Source: Octopus sinensis
Taxonomy: Eukaryota
Length of the DNA stretch: 64,000 nucleotides
NCBI RefSeq assembly: GCF_006345805.1
Contig: NC_043020.1
Location: 19,158,001-19,222,000, forward strand
Reading direction: 5' to 3'
The notes beneath the pieces were generated by a model. It did not search any database and was not told the origin of the DNA. It saw only the letters and a list, made by a program, of their open reading frames with translations. Position 1 is the first letter of the stretch; each line of letters begins with the position of its first letter. Below are positions 22,875 through 35,460 of this stretch, in pieces. The position numbers were made by a program, and so were the translations under genes.

Positions 22875-23517
22875 GCTGTTGGACATTTTCTGCCAGTAAA
22901 ATTCTTCATTCTGTCTTCAGTCTTCAACTCAGAATCTTCATAACAATGTTCCTCTTAACACTTCTTTTCATTTCTGGTATTGTCATGGTACAAAATTCTC
23001 AAGAATCTTTTCAAAACACTTTCCATGAAAGGAATCCAACTTTTTTTTTTTTGCCTCCCTCTCTTTCTCTCTCTCTCTCTCCTTCTCTCTCTCTTATTTT
23101 TATTTTGTTACAGTTTTCTTTCAAGTTCTGCTTGCATGTAGCAGCAGCACCATTAGTAGTTCAACTAAATATACAGGCAGATCTCCATGTTGGTAGTAAG
23201 CAATAACAACAACTTAGCTTGTAAGATTTAGTGAGGCAGACAAAATCTATTTTCTCGGATCGATGGAGCAGCAGAAATGGGTAAATGCCAGACTAAATTC
23301 CTTGTGGTATTTAGTTACGTCCCATTTACGTTCCTGTATTGAACTATTGGCAGGGTCAGTTTGGCCTTTGTCTTTGATTCCTTCCTGGGGGATCAATGAC
23401 ATATGAACCAATTGTTTTAGTTACTATTGTTATTTAACCCTTTTTAATTTCTGATTGAGCAAATCTATGATCGAAGGTGTTCCATATATGACCATCTCTA
23501 TTTTTTTCTATTATCTT

Positions 23518-24218
23518 TTACTTCTTACTTGCTTCAGTCATTTGACTGGCCATACTGGGGCACTGCCTCTGTTGCAAAAAAGATACACTATCATTTATCT
23601 TTTACTTACTTCAGTCATTTGACTGTGGCTGAGTGTTTTAGTCAAACAATTCAATCCCAGTACTTATTCTATTAATCTCTTTTGCTGAACTGCTAAGTTA
23701 TGGGAATGTAAACGAACCAGTACTGCTTGTCAAAATTGTCAATAAGGCAGCGAGCTGGCAGAAACGTTAGCACGCTAGGCAAAATACTTAGCGGTATTTC
23801 ATCTGCCGTTGCGTTCTGAGTTCAAATACCGCCAAGGTCGACTTTACCTTTCATCCTTTCGGGGTTGATAAATTAAGTACCAGTTACGCACTGGGGGTCG
23901 ATGTAATCAACTTAATCCCTTTGTATGTCCTTGTTTGTTCCCTCTATGCTTAGCCCCTTGTGGGCAATAAAAAACAAACAAAAGAATACTGCTTGTCAAT
24001 CAGTGGAGTGACAAGCACATAATCCAAGACATGCAGATACACACACACCCATGTATGATGAGCTTCCACACAGTTTCCATCTGCAAAATCCACTCATAAG
24101 GTATTGGTCATTCTGGGGCTGTAGTAAAAGACACTTGTTCAACGTGAGCACAGTGGGACTGAACTCAAAATCACATGGTTGAAAGAGCAAGCTTCTTAAC
24201 CACTCAGCTATGCCTGTA
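23518..24218 (-). mobile_element. SINE family B split by an inserted family A SINE (+, about 23744-23986)
   Basis: B tail at 23518-23733, B head at 23987-24218; TSD TACTGCTTGTCAA at 23721-23733 and 23987-23999. Confidence 0.88.
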
Positions 24219-25099
24219 TTTTCGTGATGGTGATGACGCTGATGATTTCGTAGAGGAAGAAGTGCTGTGCATGGAACTTAATTACAGGGTCTCTAAGATA
24301 AATGGAGGAAAAAGGGAAGAATAAACTACTTCGTATGAGCTGTCCTAACACTGAAAACTTGATTTGGACACTTGTTTGTAACAGAGTGGTCTCTGCTAAA
24401 GGCCCCCAAACCCCAGATGCTGTTGTGAAATAGGGAAAAGGCTGACTTGTGGCAGATGTTTGTTATTCAGTTTGAATAAGCGAGGCAGTGCCCATAGCTT
24501 TTCTAAAAAGCAAGAGACACATTCACGTGCGCACACACGGGTCTAGTCTTAATTAATATCTCATCAGAATTAATGAACGTCACAACATAATGTATCATAG
24601 TGGCTGTTTTTTTTTTCTTTTCTTACATTAGTATATTTTTGTGTGTGTGTGTTAATTCCATATCAATGCCAAGAATTTGCTAATCTCATTAAAATATCTT
24701 TGAAAATTTTGATATGTTAACCAGCAGGAATGGTAAAAATGTTTGTTGGTAACCATTTACTTCATACTGATTCCATTACTAAACGATGATGTTGTTATTG
24801 TTGTTGCTGTTGTAACATATTTTTGTCTTCTTTTTTTTACATCAGAGATAGATGGTATGTTAAGATGTGACAACTTTCAGTTGTATTACTCATGCTCTGA
24901 CTTTTAGAAAGACCAAAAGAGCGTATGGGTATGGCTAGAACAACTTCTTATTACACTGTATAACACAATTTTTGTCCTTGAGTAGCAACTGTTATTTCCT
25001 ATTTGCTTACCCCTAGAAAGTATGAAAAATGGCTAATATTTCCTTCAAACTTTGCTTTTCTTACATTTATTCAAACCCCAAAGAATCCCTCTCAACACA

Positions 25100-25203
25100 T
25101 GGCTATAGTAGAAGACACTTGCCCAAGGTGCCACGCAGTGGGACTGAATCCGGAACCATGTGGTTGGTAAGCAAGCTACTTACCACACAGCCACTCCTAC
25201 GCC
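25100..25203 (-). mobile_element. Young family B head fragment
   Basis: GAAGACACTTGCCCAAGGTGCCACGCAGTGGGACTGAATCCGG...CACACAGCCACTCCTACGCC. Confidence 0.9.
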
Positions 25204-25364
25204 TATGAAACTTTTATAAACCTTTTTCAGAGATTTTATGCAGTTGAGGACATTTGATGGCTTCCAGTCCTTGGTGTCCTGGTGTGCATCTGTAAGCATT
25301 ACCAGTGAGTGTAATGAGGAATATGCCGGTATAATTTAAAAAGTAAGATATGATATTATATAGG

Positions 25365-25553
25365 TTGGCATTTTTCAAACTGGGTCCTGACCCTTCAGTG
25401 GGTTGCAAGATAAATAAAATGGGTCACGACACAAAAGAAGCAAAAGAAAAATGCAAATGGGTGCAAAGTACAGAATATAAACCAGCGTTTTTTGCACTGT
25501 AGGTCGCAAGATAAATAAAATGGGTCACGATAAAAAAAGTTTGAAGAATACTG
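25365..25553 (+). mobile_element. hAT MITE, degenerate, with internal duplication
   Basis: GCAAGATAAATAAAATGGGTCACGA twice; right TIR TTGAAGAATACTG. Confidence 0.55.
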
Positions 25554-25658
25554 AGACAGGTGATGATCATGGGCATATGTGAGAAAATCAAAAGTGAGCC
25601 ATTATTGAAGGAAGACGCAGATCCTTGGCCTAGACAGAACTTGTGTATTACAGCTGCT

Positions 25659-25768
25659 CTGATTGTTTGGTTGCGTTTGCCCAGATTGAACTGCTTAACT
25701 AGAGGCATTCTGATTGGTTGATATATTGTTCAAACTCAGCTGCCAAACTAGACGCTTCCTGATTGGCT
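25659..25768. promoter_or_regulatory. Cluster of CCAAT (NF-Y-type) boxes in unique sequence
   Basis: CTGATTGG at 25710 and 25759, CTGATTGTTTGG at 25659, about 50 bp apart; function not shown. Confidence 0.3.
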
Positions 25769-25996
25769 GAAGTGGTTTCAGTTTCATTGTTCATCATTAC
25801 ACAGTTCTTCTCTAAAATAAGCTGATGGCACAGTGCCAGACCAACACACCTCTCTACCACCACCTGCACAACCACCACCACCACCACCACCACCACCACT
25901 ACCAAACCTATTATTCAGGTTCCCTCATGCTTGGTCTTTAGCCAACTTTGCAGTGGTTACATAGCAGAACTACTGTTATGAACGCTGCTGTGTTGT

Positions 25997-26027
<31 letters not shown>

Positions 26028-26156
26028 GTTTCCTCTAAGATTTGGCCACAGTAACCAACTACTTTAGTAGTTGGTTTAAAGTAGCTAGATGTTTTTCATT
26101 ATACACCTATCTACCACCCTTACATGTTTGACTGACTGTCTGCTACAATGATTCTG

Positions 26157-26207
<51 letters not shown>

Positions 26208-26611
26208 GCCTTTATATATATTTATACACACACACACACGCATATGTACATATTTCCTCTCACATACACATACCCACATTCAAAATAAAACACATACGTA
26301 ACTTACTACAATGACGTCTTTGACAGTAAAATGTTCTACAAGAAGGCTGTCTAAGGTTATTAAACAACCTTGAGTAGGTTCCTTACCAAAATCTTTGCCA
26401 TTGTTAAGTTCTTCACAGCAGCCACTCACCTTTTCGCAGTGAGTGTGCGTAACAAAGGTAAATTCTTCGTCTGATCTTCCCCACTGCCCATCCATTCACT
26501 TCTCACCTCTATCACGATCACGCCCCCCCCCCCCGCCACTTCTCAATACATTCATCTCATCCAGTGTCCGATGTGATTTGATGGAAATTTGCTATTTCTA
26601 GCAGTTTGGAT

Positions 26612-27870
26612 GTTTGGCTTATTGGTTAGGGTATTTGGCTCGTCATTGTAAGGTCGTGGATTCAATTCCCAGTGGAGTGTTGTGTCCCAGAGCAAGACAT
26701 GTTATTTCACTATGCTCCAGTCCATTCAGGCCATCCTTGGCACATTCTGTGTCATGCTGAATCTCCCTGAGGACTATTTTAGGGATATGCATGTCTGTGG
26801 GATGCTCAGCTGCTTGCCCCTTAATTTTATGGGCAGGCTGTTCCCTCAATTAGATCAACTGGAACACTCATCATAACTGTCGAGTGTCAATGTATACACA
26901 CACATTCACACATATAGACAAAGACGAAGGTGCATGGTTCAGTGGTTAGAGCATCAGGCTCACAATCACGAGGTAATGAGTTCAATTCCCAGACCTAGCT
27001 ATATGTTGTGTTCTCAAGCAAGACACTTTATTTCACGTTGCTCCAGTTCACTCAGCTGTAGAAATGTGTTGCAACATCCCTGGTGCCAAGCTGTATTGGC
27101 CCCTTTGCCTTTCCTTTGGATAACATCAGTGGTGTGGAGAGAGGAGGCTTGTATGCATGGGTGACTGCTGGCCTTCCATAAACAACCTTGCCTGGACTTG
27201 TGCCTCGGAGGGGAACTTTCTAGGTGTAATCTCATTGTCATTCATGACCAGAGGGAGTCTTTACCCCTTTATATATAGGTGTAGGCATAGCACCCTGAGC
27301 AAGTCTTGTACTTTAACCACCAATCTGAAACTAAAAGAAACCAATATATGTGTGTGTGTCTTTGCGTCTGTGTTTGTCTCCCAACTAGTGTTGGCATGTT
27401 TATACCTATGTAACTTGGCAGTTCAACAAAAGAGACTGATAGAATAAGTACCAGGCTTTGCAAATAAAGACAAAAAATATTAAGTTCTGGGATTGATTCC
27501 TTCCACTAAAATCTTTCAAGGCAACCCCCCCCCCTGCACGGCTGCAGTCTAATGACTGAAACAAGTAAAACATAAAATATTTAGTGAGGATGCATGACCT
27601 AGTGGTTATGGTGTCGCACTCACAAGTGCAAGGTTGTGGTTTCAATTCCTGGATTGGGCTATGTGTTGTGTTCTTGAGCAAAACACATCGTTTCACATTT
27701 CCTTCAGTCCACTCAGCTCTAAATGGATAATCCTATGATGGACTGGCATTCTGTTCAGGGGAAATGTAAGCTTACCTCTCTAGCCAGCTTCATCCAAAAG
27801 CTACAACAATGCAAGGAAGTGCATTGTGACCAGAGGTGTACGACAACATCTGATAGTCTAGTTGACATGG
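26612..27870 (+). mobile_element. Three family C SINEs (about 26612-26882, 26927-27268, 27587-27870) and a family B tail (about 27345-27575)
   Basis: Repeated tRNA-like heads (TGGTTCAGTGGTTAG...GAGTTCAATTCCC) and the CORE-like GAGCAAGACAC...GCTCCAGT segment. Confidence 0.8.
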
Positions 27871-28292
27871 TGATATATATCTCTTGTCTGTTTGTCTGTC
27901 TCTTTGTTGTTGTCATTCATTTTTAATGTTCCCTTTTCAATGCTTGCATGGGTTAAATAGAATATGTTGAGGCAGATTTTTCTTTAGCTGGATGCTCTTC
28001 CTGTTGCCAACCATCACCTTTTTCCAAATAAAGTCATATTTTTGTGAAACACTGGAAATAAAGGACACCACTTGCATGGTGGTGGCATGTGCTTACAACT
28101 ATTACATGATACTAAGGCAAAAACTCACTAACATACACACACTGAACAGATGTGGTTGTGTTGTTCAGAAGCTTGCTTCCCAATCATGTGGTTGTGGGTT
28201 CAGTCTCATTGCACAGCACCATATATATATATATATATATACATACACACACACGCACACACATGCACACACACACACATACACATATATAT

Positions 28293-28605
28293 ACATATAA
28301 AATACAGTGTACATTTAAACACATTAAGAGGTATGCATCATAGGACTCCCATCATTGGACTCCATTACGCTAGAAGGAGCAGCTAAAGTCCAAACCACTA
28401 ATTAGGGATAAATTCTCGATGGGAATGAAAAATAAAAACATTTTCCATCTATTTCCTGGACCATGGTTTCTGACTTTTTATTTTTCATTCCATTCGAGAA
28501 TTTATCCCTAATTAGTGGTTTGGACTTTAGCTGCTCCTTCTAGCATAAGGGAGTCCTATGATGGATACTTCTTAATGTATTTAAATGTACACTGTATTTT
28601 ATATG
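28293..28605. repeat. Long fold-back palindrome or Tc1-like MITE (TA|CAGTG...CACTG|TA at 28305-28594) inside a split family B SINE
   Basis: Arms about 28293-28438 and 28475-28605 are near-perfect reverse complements, with a 14-bp local duplication in the left arm. Confidence 0.9.
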
Positions 28606-28998
28606 AATAATATATAGTCTATTGACTGATTTGTCTATACGCTATTATTAATTATATATATATTATTAATTATATATATATATATATATAGGCATGCCAA
28701 TGTGTTTGTGGTTGTCCCCCACCACCTCTTGACAACTATTATTGGTTTGTTTCCACACCCATAAACTAGCAGTTCATCAAAAGGGATTAATAGAATTAGT
28801 ACCAGACTTTAAAAAAATATGCACTGAGGTTGATTTGTTCTACTAAATCCTTCAAGGTGGTTCTCAAATGTGGCTGCAGTTCAACGACATTAGTAAAATA
28901 AGTAAAAGACATAAAGATAAACATATATAGTTATTTATATTTATATATAGATAATGTGTGTGTATGTGTGTATATATACATATGTCTGTATGTGTATC

Positions 28999-29029
<31 letters not shown>

Positions 29030-29165
29030 CTATGTATGTATAAAAATTAACGTGGATAGCTGGGCCCAGTATAAACCACATAAGCAAAGTTTGCTGGTAA
29101 CACATGCAATTAGTGATGACTAAATTCTGCTTATACACATATACATATATGTGTGTGAGTGTGTG

Positions 29166-29225
<60 letters not shown>

Positions 29226-29291
29226 CATACACACACACACACACGTGTATATTTATGAATATGTATCGGTGTATGTATCTGTATACATTGT

Positions 29292-29450
29292 CGTTACGTT
29301 CTGAGTTCAAATTCCGCCAAGGTCGACTTTTCCTTTCATCCTTTCGGGTCAGTAAATAAAAGTACCAGTCTCACACTGGGGTCGATGTAATCGACTTAAT
29401 CCCTTTGTTTGTCCTCTCTATGTTTAGCCCCTTGTGGGCAATAAAGAAAT
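29292..29450 (+). mobile_element. SINE family A, 5'-truncated, followed by about 300 bp of (TA)n/(TATG)n
   Basis: TTACGTTCTGAGTTCAAATTCCGCC...GTGGGCAATAAAGAAAT. Confidence 0.9.
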
Positions 29451-29596
29451 ATATATATATATATATATTTAAATATGTATATATATATGTATGTGTATAT
29501 ATGCATGTATGTATATATATATGTATGTATATATATGTATATATGTTTGTATGTATATGTGTATATATATATATATATATTCTATGCATGTATGTA

Positions 29597-29630
<34 letters not shown>

Positions 29631-29885
29631 CTATGCATGTATGTATATATATTATATATATATCTATGCATGTATGTATATATATTATATATATATATAT
29701 ATATCTATGCATGTATGTATATATATAATATATATATATATATGCCTATATATAATGAAATTCTATTAGACCTTGGTATGTCATAAGTCGTAAATTTGTT
29801 CACTGATAACACAATGTCCTATTTATTTTAACCCTGGCATAGATTACTTTGAAAATGTGTTTAAAATGTAAGTATCGTACCTGGT

Positions 29886-30112
29886 TTAACGCTTTTGTGT
29901 TCAGATTACTCTTGTCAAATGTAATGCTTATTTATTCGGATTGTTCTAAATAAACCATGCAACATCCTGTTGCTTCAAAGATTTTGATCATGTGTTTGTT
30001 TATTTCTACAAGGACATTGTAGGGTAGGTCTGAGAGGCCAGATCTGGCCAGTTTGAATGTAAATACAGATAGAATATTTGGGTTGGATATGGCTCGTTTA
30101 AATCCTGAGGGT
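29886..30112 (-). mobile_element. piggyBac-type MITE (family G)
   Basis: TTAAC...CAGATTACTCTTGTCAAATG...GCCAGATCTGGCCAG...GAGGGT|TTAA. Confidence 0.7.
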
Positions 30113-30116
30113 TTAA

Positions 30117-30336
30117 CCCTTTCGTTACCAACCCGGCAGAAACCTGCTCTGGCTCTGAGTACAAATGTCTTGTTTTCATAAATTTTGAATTAAAATCTTC
30201 CACCAAACCTTAATCACAATTTAGGTTCCTAACACTAGCTTAATGATAACCAAATAATTTTACTAAATTCTTTGTTATATTTAAAGTAATTGAAAGAATC
30301 ACAGAGCATCCCAAAATAAAGACAGTAACGAAAGGT
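30117..30336 (+). mobile_element. piggyBac-type MITE, second family
   Basis: TTAA|CCCTTTCGTTAC...GTAACGAAAGGT|TTAA. Confidence 0.88.
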
Positions 30337-30366
30337 TTAAGGATTTTATTGTTGAGAAACATGAAG

Positions 30367-30645
30367 CAGTGGTTCTCAACCATTTTTTGCTTACGGACCC
30401 CTTTGATTACTATCTTAACTCTGGCAAAGCACCAGATCCTAGTTTTATAGATACTTTTTGCGAAATTCCTATTTTGTTAATCTCACAGTCCCTTGTATAG
30501 GTTGAACTATGTAAAACATTAGAGTAAGAAACCTAGCTATTTCTTGTGATAAATACAGCTAAAACAAAATTTTTTCACTGACCCTTAAAATACTACTGTG
30601 GATCCAGTGTACTATTTTACTTGTGTGGACTCCCAAAACTCTGAT
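30367..30645 (+). mobile_element. hAT MITE, degenerate
   Basis: CAGTGGTTCTCAACC TIR and repeated GGACCC/GGATCC subterminal motifs. Confidence 0.6.
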
Positions 30646-30762
30646 AAGGATCCCATTTTTCTATAGTGTATTCCTTGACATTTGCCTTCCTGTTATGATC
30701 AGCTGACAGTACCCACAACAGGTGATATCACCTAGTGCAAGAACTAGGTGGTTTCATCTAGG

Positions 30763-31201
30763 TCAATAAATAAATGCTGTAGAGCCCTGTGCAATTGGTT
30801 GCCTGGGGGCCCTCACAGACCTAGGGGCCCAATTGTAATTTATGTATGGTATAGCTAGCTTGCTATCAATAAATAAATGTTGTAGAGCCCTGTGCAATGG
30901 GTTGCCTGGGGTCTCTCACAGACCTAGGGACCCAATTGTAATCTATGTATGGTATAGCTAGCTTGCTATCAATAAATAAATGCTGTAGAGCCCTGTGTAA
31001 TGGGTTGCCTGAAGGCTCTCACAGACCTAAGGACCCAATTGTAATTTATGTATGGTATAGCTAACTTGCTGTCAATAAATAAATAATTTAGGGATTAGTG
31101 CACTGATTTGCTGGGGTTGAGTTGGAGCTCTTAGGTCTTGAACCCAATTATTATCTATGTATGCTGTAGCTTGCTGTCAATAAATAAATGCTGTAGAGCC
31201 C
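30763..31201 (+). repeat. 103-bp tandem array: 3 conserved units, 1 diverged unit and the start of a fifth
   Basis: TCAATAAATAAA at 30763, 30866, 30969, 31072 and 31177. Confidence 0.92.
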
Positions 31202-31483
31202 AGGGGCTTGTAATACTGTTAAAATAGCCCTACCCAAAACAATGTCACCCAACCTACAATTTCCTCACTTTCCCAACACACACACACTGTTAGATATCAT
31301 AGCTGTCAATGTCAGTAATTAATGTTTTAGCTTCTATTTCTTTCATAGTGACAATACCTCATGTTAAATGTGAAGGAGTGTGTGAGTGTGTGTGTACATG
31401 TGTGCTCTTTGGTGTGACTGTCTGTATGTTTGTATTTCTTTGTAGGTGTGTGTATCTGTGTGTTACTGTTAAACCCCAGGTCA

Positions 31484-31652
31484 GTCTTGTTCGAGCAGAC
31501 ATAAGATAATAAGCAACCCAGCCAGGACCATTCCTTCTTATTTTCAGGCATAAAGCATCAAAGACCCCATTATCTAATACATTTTTCGAAGATGGTCAGC
31601 TGTGATTTGACAAATATTTGGCTGCTATTTCTAGCAGGTTGAGCTGTCACCT
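31484..31652 (-). mobile_element. Family E repeat; another copy at about 34735-34925
   Basis: TTAAACCCCAGGTCAG...GAGCAGAC...GTGATTTG...TTTGGCTGCTATTTCTAGCAGG. Confidence 0.7.
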
Positions 31653-31995
31653 CGAAACTAAGTGATGTGTGTTTGTGTGTGAACATGTTTATAAATGTAT
31701 GAGTATTTTGACTTGATGCTGTGTATATTTTTCTGTAGATGTGTGTATGCGTAGGTTTCTGTCAGTGTATGTGCAGGATGTGTGTACTTGTGTAGGCACC
31801 TATGTAAACATGTGTCTCTATATCTACGCATGTTTGACTGTGTGCATGTGTCTATACTTCTATGTAGGTCTTTTACTGTAGGTCTAAGTTTAGATTCTCT
31901 CTGATTATCTGTGTGTGTGTGTGTGTGTGTAGAGTACAACTACAGGTTAGTGTGTGGGATGTTTGTATTTACTTCTCCTTCCAACCGTAGGTTTT

Positions 31996-32029
<34 letters not shown>

Positions 32030-32038
32030 AACATATAC

Positions 32039-32073
<35 letters not shown>

Positions 32074-32074
32074 C

Positions 32075-32105
<31 letters not shown>

Positions 32106-32515
32106 TATATACATACATATATACATATATATATATATACACATATATATATACATATATAGATATTATTTATATTGCAACATGATGCTGTGATGCTGGC
32201 TGAAGACTTGCACACCTACTTGAGATTGCTCAGTGCAGCAGTGACATCTGGTGGGATTGTAAGAAGATGTAGGTAGCTGCTTAAAGTGTCTGTCCGTCTG
32301 TCTGTGTGTCTGCCTCTGCTTCCCTCTAATCTCTCTCTCTCTCTCTCTCAATGCTTGTGCAGTGAGAGCTTGCTGCAGTGAAGCTACAGCTTGTGGCATT
32401 GATGTGTGCAACATTTTAAGATGCTTCTCTTCATTCTATGGTGTTTAAAGAACTTGTGTACTTTCAAACATGACCTAGTCTCACTCTGCTCTCTCTCTCT
32501 CATAATTTCGTATAC

Positions 32516-32875
32516 TAGCTTAAATTCTGCACCCCTCCCCTACTGTTTGGGTATTGTAGCTTAAATTCTGCACATTTCTACCATTTAGATGTCTTAGTTT
32601 ACATTCTGCATTTCTCTTGCCGTTATGGCATATTAGCTTAAATTCTACTCCATCTCTGCTGTTTCAATATTGTTGCTGTCTTTAGCTTAAATTCTAACCT
32701 GTCTCTGGTGTTTGGGAAACTTGTATTCTGCATTTTTTTTTCTGTTTTTACATCTTTATTTGAATTCTACCCCATCTCTGTTTGGGCATCTCCTAAGATA
32801 AAATATTTAAGCAGCAGAGATGGAGAAAATATATTTTTGTCTGCTCTTTCAATATCTAAGTTTACATTCTGTACC
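32516..32875 (+). repeat. Degenerate array of about 40 bp with conserved core TAGCTTAAATTCT
   Basis: Core or variant at 32516, 32557, 32595, 32634, 32683, 32718, 32757, 32857. Confidence 0.7.
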
Positions 32876-32950
32876 ATATCTGAAGTTTCGGTATATTACC
32901 CTACATTTCTCTACTGCTTGGCTTTCTAATATATGTATATACAGTCTCTT

Positions 32951-33320
32951 GGAGACATGGCTGAGTGGTAAGAAGTTTGCTTCCCAACCACATGGTTCCA
33001 AGTTCAAGAATTTTCAAGCGAAGGTTTTGCCGTTCAAGAATTTGGACCTGGAGATCTCCATTTCCAGCGATTTCAAGGGCCACCTCCCAGTCGTGTCGGG
33101 CGTCTACGAAGAGCCCTCGACTACAACAAGATGACCAAAGTTTTTTTTTCTACGGTCTGGGGTCTCCCGCCCCAAAGCCCTAGACCATCACCTAATCACC
33201 TTTACCTGTCTTGTTGCTTAACAACAAAAACTTCAGTCCCACTGCATGACATCTTGGGCAAGTGTCTTCCACTATAGTCTCAGGTTGATCATGGAAATTG
33301 AACGAAGCCCATCGTGTGTG
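32951..33320 (+). mobile_element. Family B head interrupted by a CpG-rich insert of about 225 bp (33007-33231)
   Basis: CATGGTTCCAAGTTCA [insert] TTCAGTCCCACTGCATGACATCTTGGGCAAGTGTC. Confidence 0.8.
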
Positions 33321-33719
33321 TATATATATATAATATATATATATATACATACATATATACATATACATAAGGAGGTGCTGAAAAGTTCCTTGCTTTAGAT
33401 AAAAGAAAATATAGGAAGAGAGGTCATTTATGATGTTATTCAATATATCTTCCCTGTCAGAATCACATACTTATTGCAGCAGTCTTTCAGTTTTTCTAAG
33501 CCCTGCAAAAAAACTTGAAAAGTTGAGCCCCCAACCAGGCCTTTTGCAATACCCCTAAAGCTAGGATTTTTCAGCATGCCTTTATATATACCTATGTGTG
33601 TGTGTGTGTGTGTGTGTGTGGTGTTTGTCTCCCCACCACAGCTTGACAACCAGTGTTGGTGTGTTTATGCCTCGAAACTTAGCAGTTTGGCAAAAGAGAC
33701 TGAGATATATACATATATA

Positions 33720-33850
33720 TTAGGTCATTCAGAATGAAATGTCCAAGTTTATTTCACTTTATCTCAACAAAAAGCAATGCAGTTAATCAAAGTTTGCATC
33801 TAAATTATCAATACAATTTTGCCACTTTATCGTTAGCTTATTTACCCAGG
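33720..33850. mobile_element. Mariner-like terminal fragment
   Basis: TA|TTAGGTCATTCAGAATGAAATGTCC resembles the TIR at 63276 (TCAGGTCATCCCATAAGTTCTGTCC). Confidence 0.45.
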
Positions 33851-34612
33851 GTATATTTTAAATGATTAATAGAGATGGTGGTGTGTGACTAGTAGCTTTA
33901 TTAGAACAACAACCGTTTCGGATTCATTCTGCACTGCTCCCTAATGGGTGTGAGACAATGTAATGACATCAGATGCAACGCACAATGCAAAAGAGTTTCA
34001 TCAGGTGATGTAACATGCTTCAAAAGATACCATATTTACATTTCATTTTCACTCCCTGTTATATGCTGATGGCGGGATGCTAATGCTAACAGTTCAGACA
34101 CATTTGATTAGCCAAATGTGCTGAACTGCTCACTTAACCAAATGTGTCTAATGCTTTCAAAATTTTATTTGGTTTGGCTTATGTATATATGTATATATAT
34201 AATAAATGCACTGACACACATGCAAACAAAATCTGTAAACACATGAAAACTTGAAAATGTTAAAAGACATTTTAAAACCTACTGATAGCTATGCTATCAA
34301 TGTACATGCACACACATACACACACATACACACACATACACACACATACACACACACACACACACATACACACACATACACACACATACACATACACACA
34401 CATACACACACCACAGACGTATGGTTTAAGTACGTATGGACGTACACATAATAAATAAAACATTAGTTCAGTGACATTCTCATCTAGGACATTAATTAAT
34501 TGGAAGTTAATTGTATTAATGAGTAATTGTAATTGTGTCAATGATACTGTGACCTCTCATAAGAAGTGTGTGTATCTGTGTGTTGTTGTTGTTGTGTCTG
34601 TGTATGTCTGCA

Positions 34613-34651
<39 letters not shown>

Positions 34652-35309
34652 TGGGGATATAAATATATGATACGTGTGCAGAGTGAAGGATTAACCGATT
34701 TCATGGTAGCGGACACAGCAGTCAAAATGCTTTATGGTGTTGTTGTTATTTATTCCAAAGTTAGCCTTGATTGATCAGGCACACCTATGATCAAAGACAT
34801 TCTAAATATGACCATCCTGCCTTTGTGCATGTTGAATGTTTCATTTTTTTCTTTCTTTGTTTTAATTGTAGGGTGTGATTTGTGGGAGATTTGACTGCTA
34901 TTTTGAATAAGTGACAAGAGTCTTTCTGAAATGTGGATATATACATAAATACATACATACATATATATGTTTGTGTGTGTGTGTGTGTGTTGTGTGTGTG
35001 TGTGTGTGGACTTGTACACACACACACATATGAGATGCCTAAATTGCTATGTAGTGGGACTGAATCTGAAATTGCATGGTTAGGTACATGATGGTGTGAT
35101 GGTCTTCTTACAGTTTCTCTCTACCAGTTTCACTCACAAAACATTGGTTTGACTGAGGCTTATAGCCAAAGACATTAGTGTGTGAGTGTGTCTGTATCAG
35201 TTGCTGTCTCCTCACTTTGACTTCGTGTAATGGATCTAAAACAGATATCACCATCATGTCAGCCATATCTTAAGTTACCAGTCTACCATGAAAACATGTT
35301 TGGCCATGG

Positions 35310-35460
35310 GGTATTATTACATTACTTGGAAACAGCTGAGTGTTGGTGACAGGAAGGGCATCCAGCTGAAGGAATTTTGCTACAACAAATTCCGTCTAAG
35401 TCGTGTAAGCATGGAAAAGAGGATGTTAGATGGTGAGGAGGATGACGATGACGATGACAA
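35310..35460 (+). mobile_element. Family F 3' end
   Basis: GTGTTGGTGACAGGAAGGGCATCCAGCTG...GCATGGAAAAGAGGATGTTAGATGG followed by (GAC/GAT)n. Confidence 0.75.

Noticed and set aside
22574-23206. 210-aa hydrophobic ORF
   Set aside because: Stitched from a SINE D fragment, (TG)n, (CT)n and T-rich DNA; no coherent protein signal.
30763-32875. CRISPR-like interpretation of the 103-bp and 40-bp arrays
   Set aside because: Eukaryotic context, no cas genes; the 103-bp units are wholly repeated and the 13-nt core is too short and degenerate.
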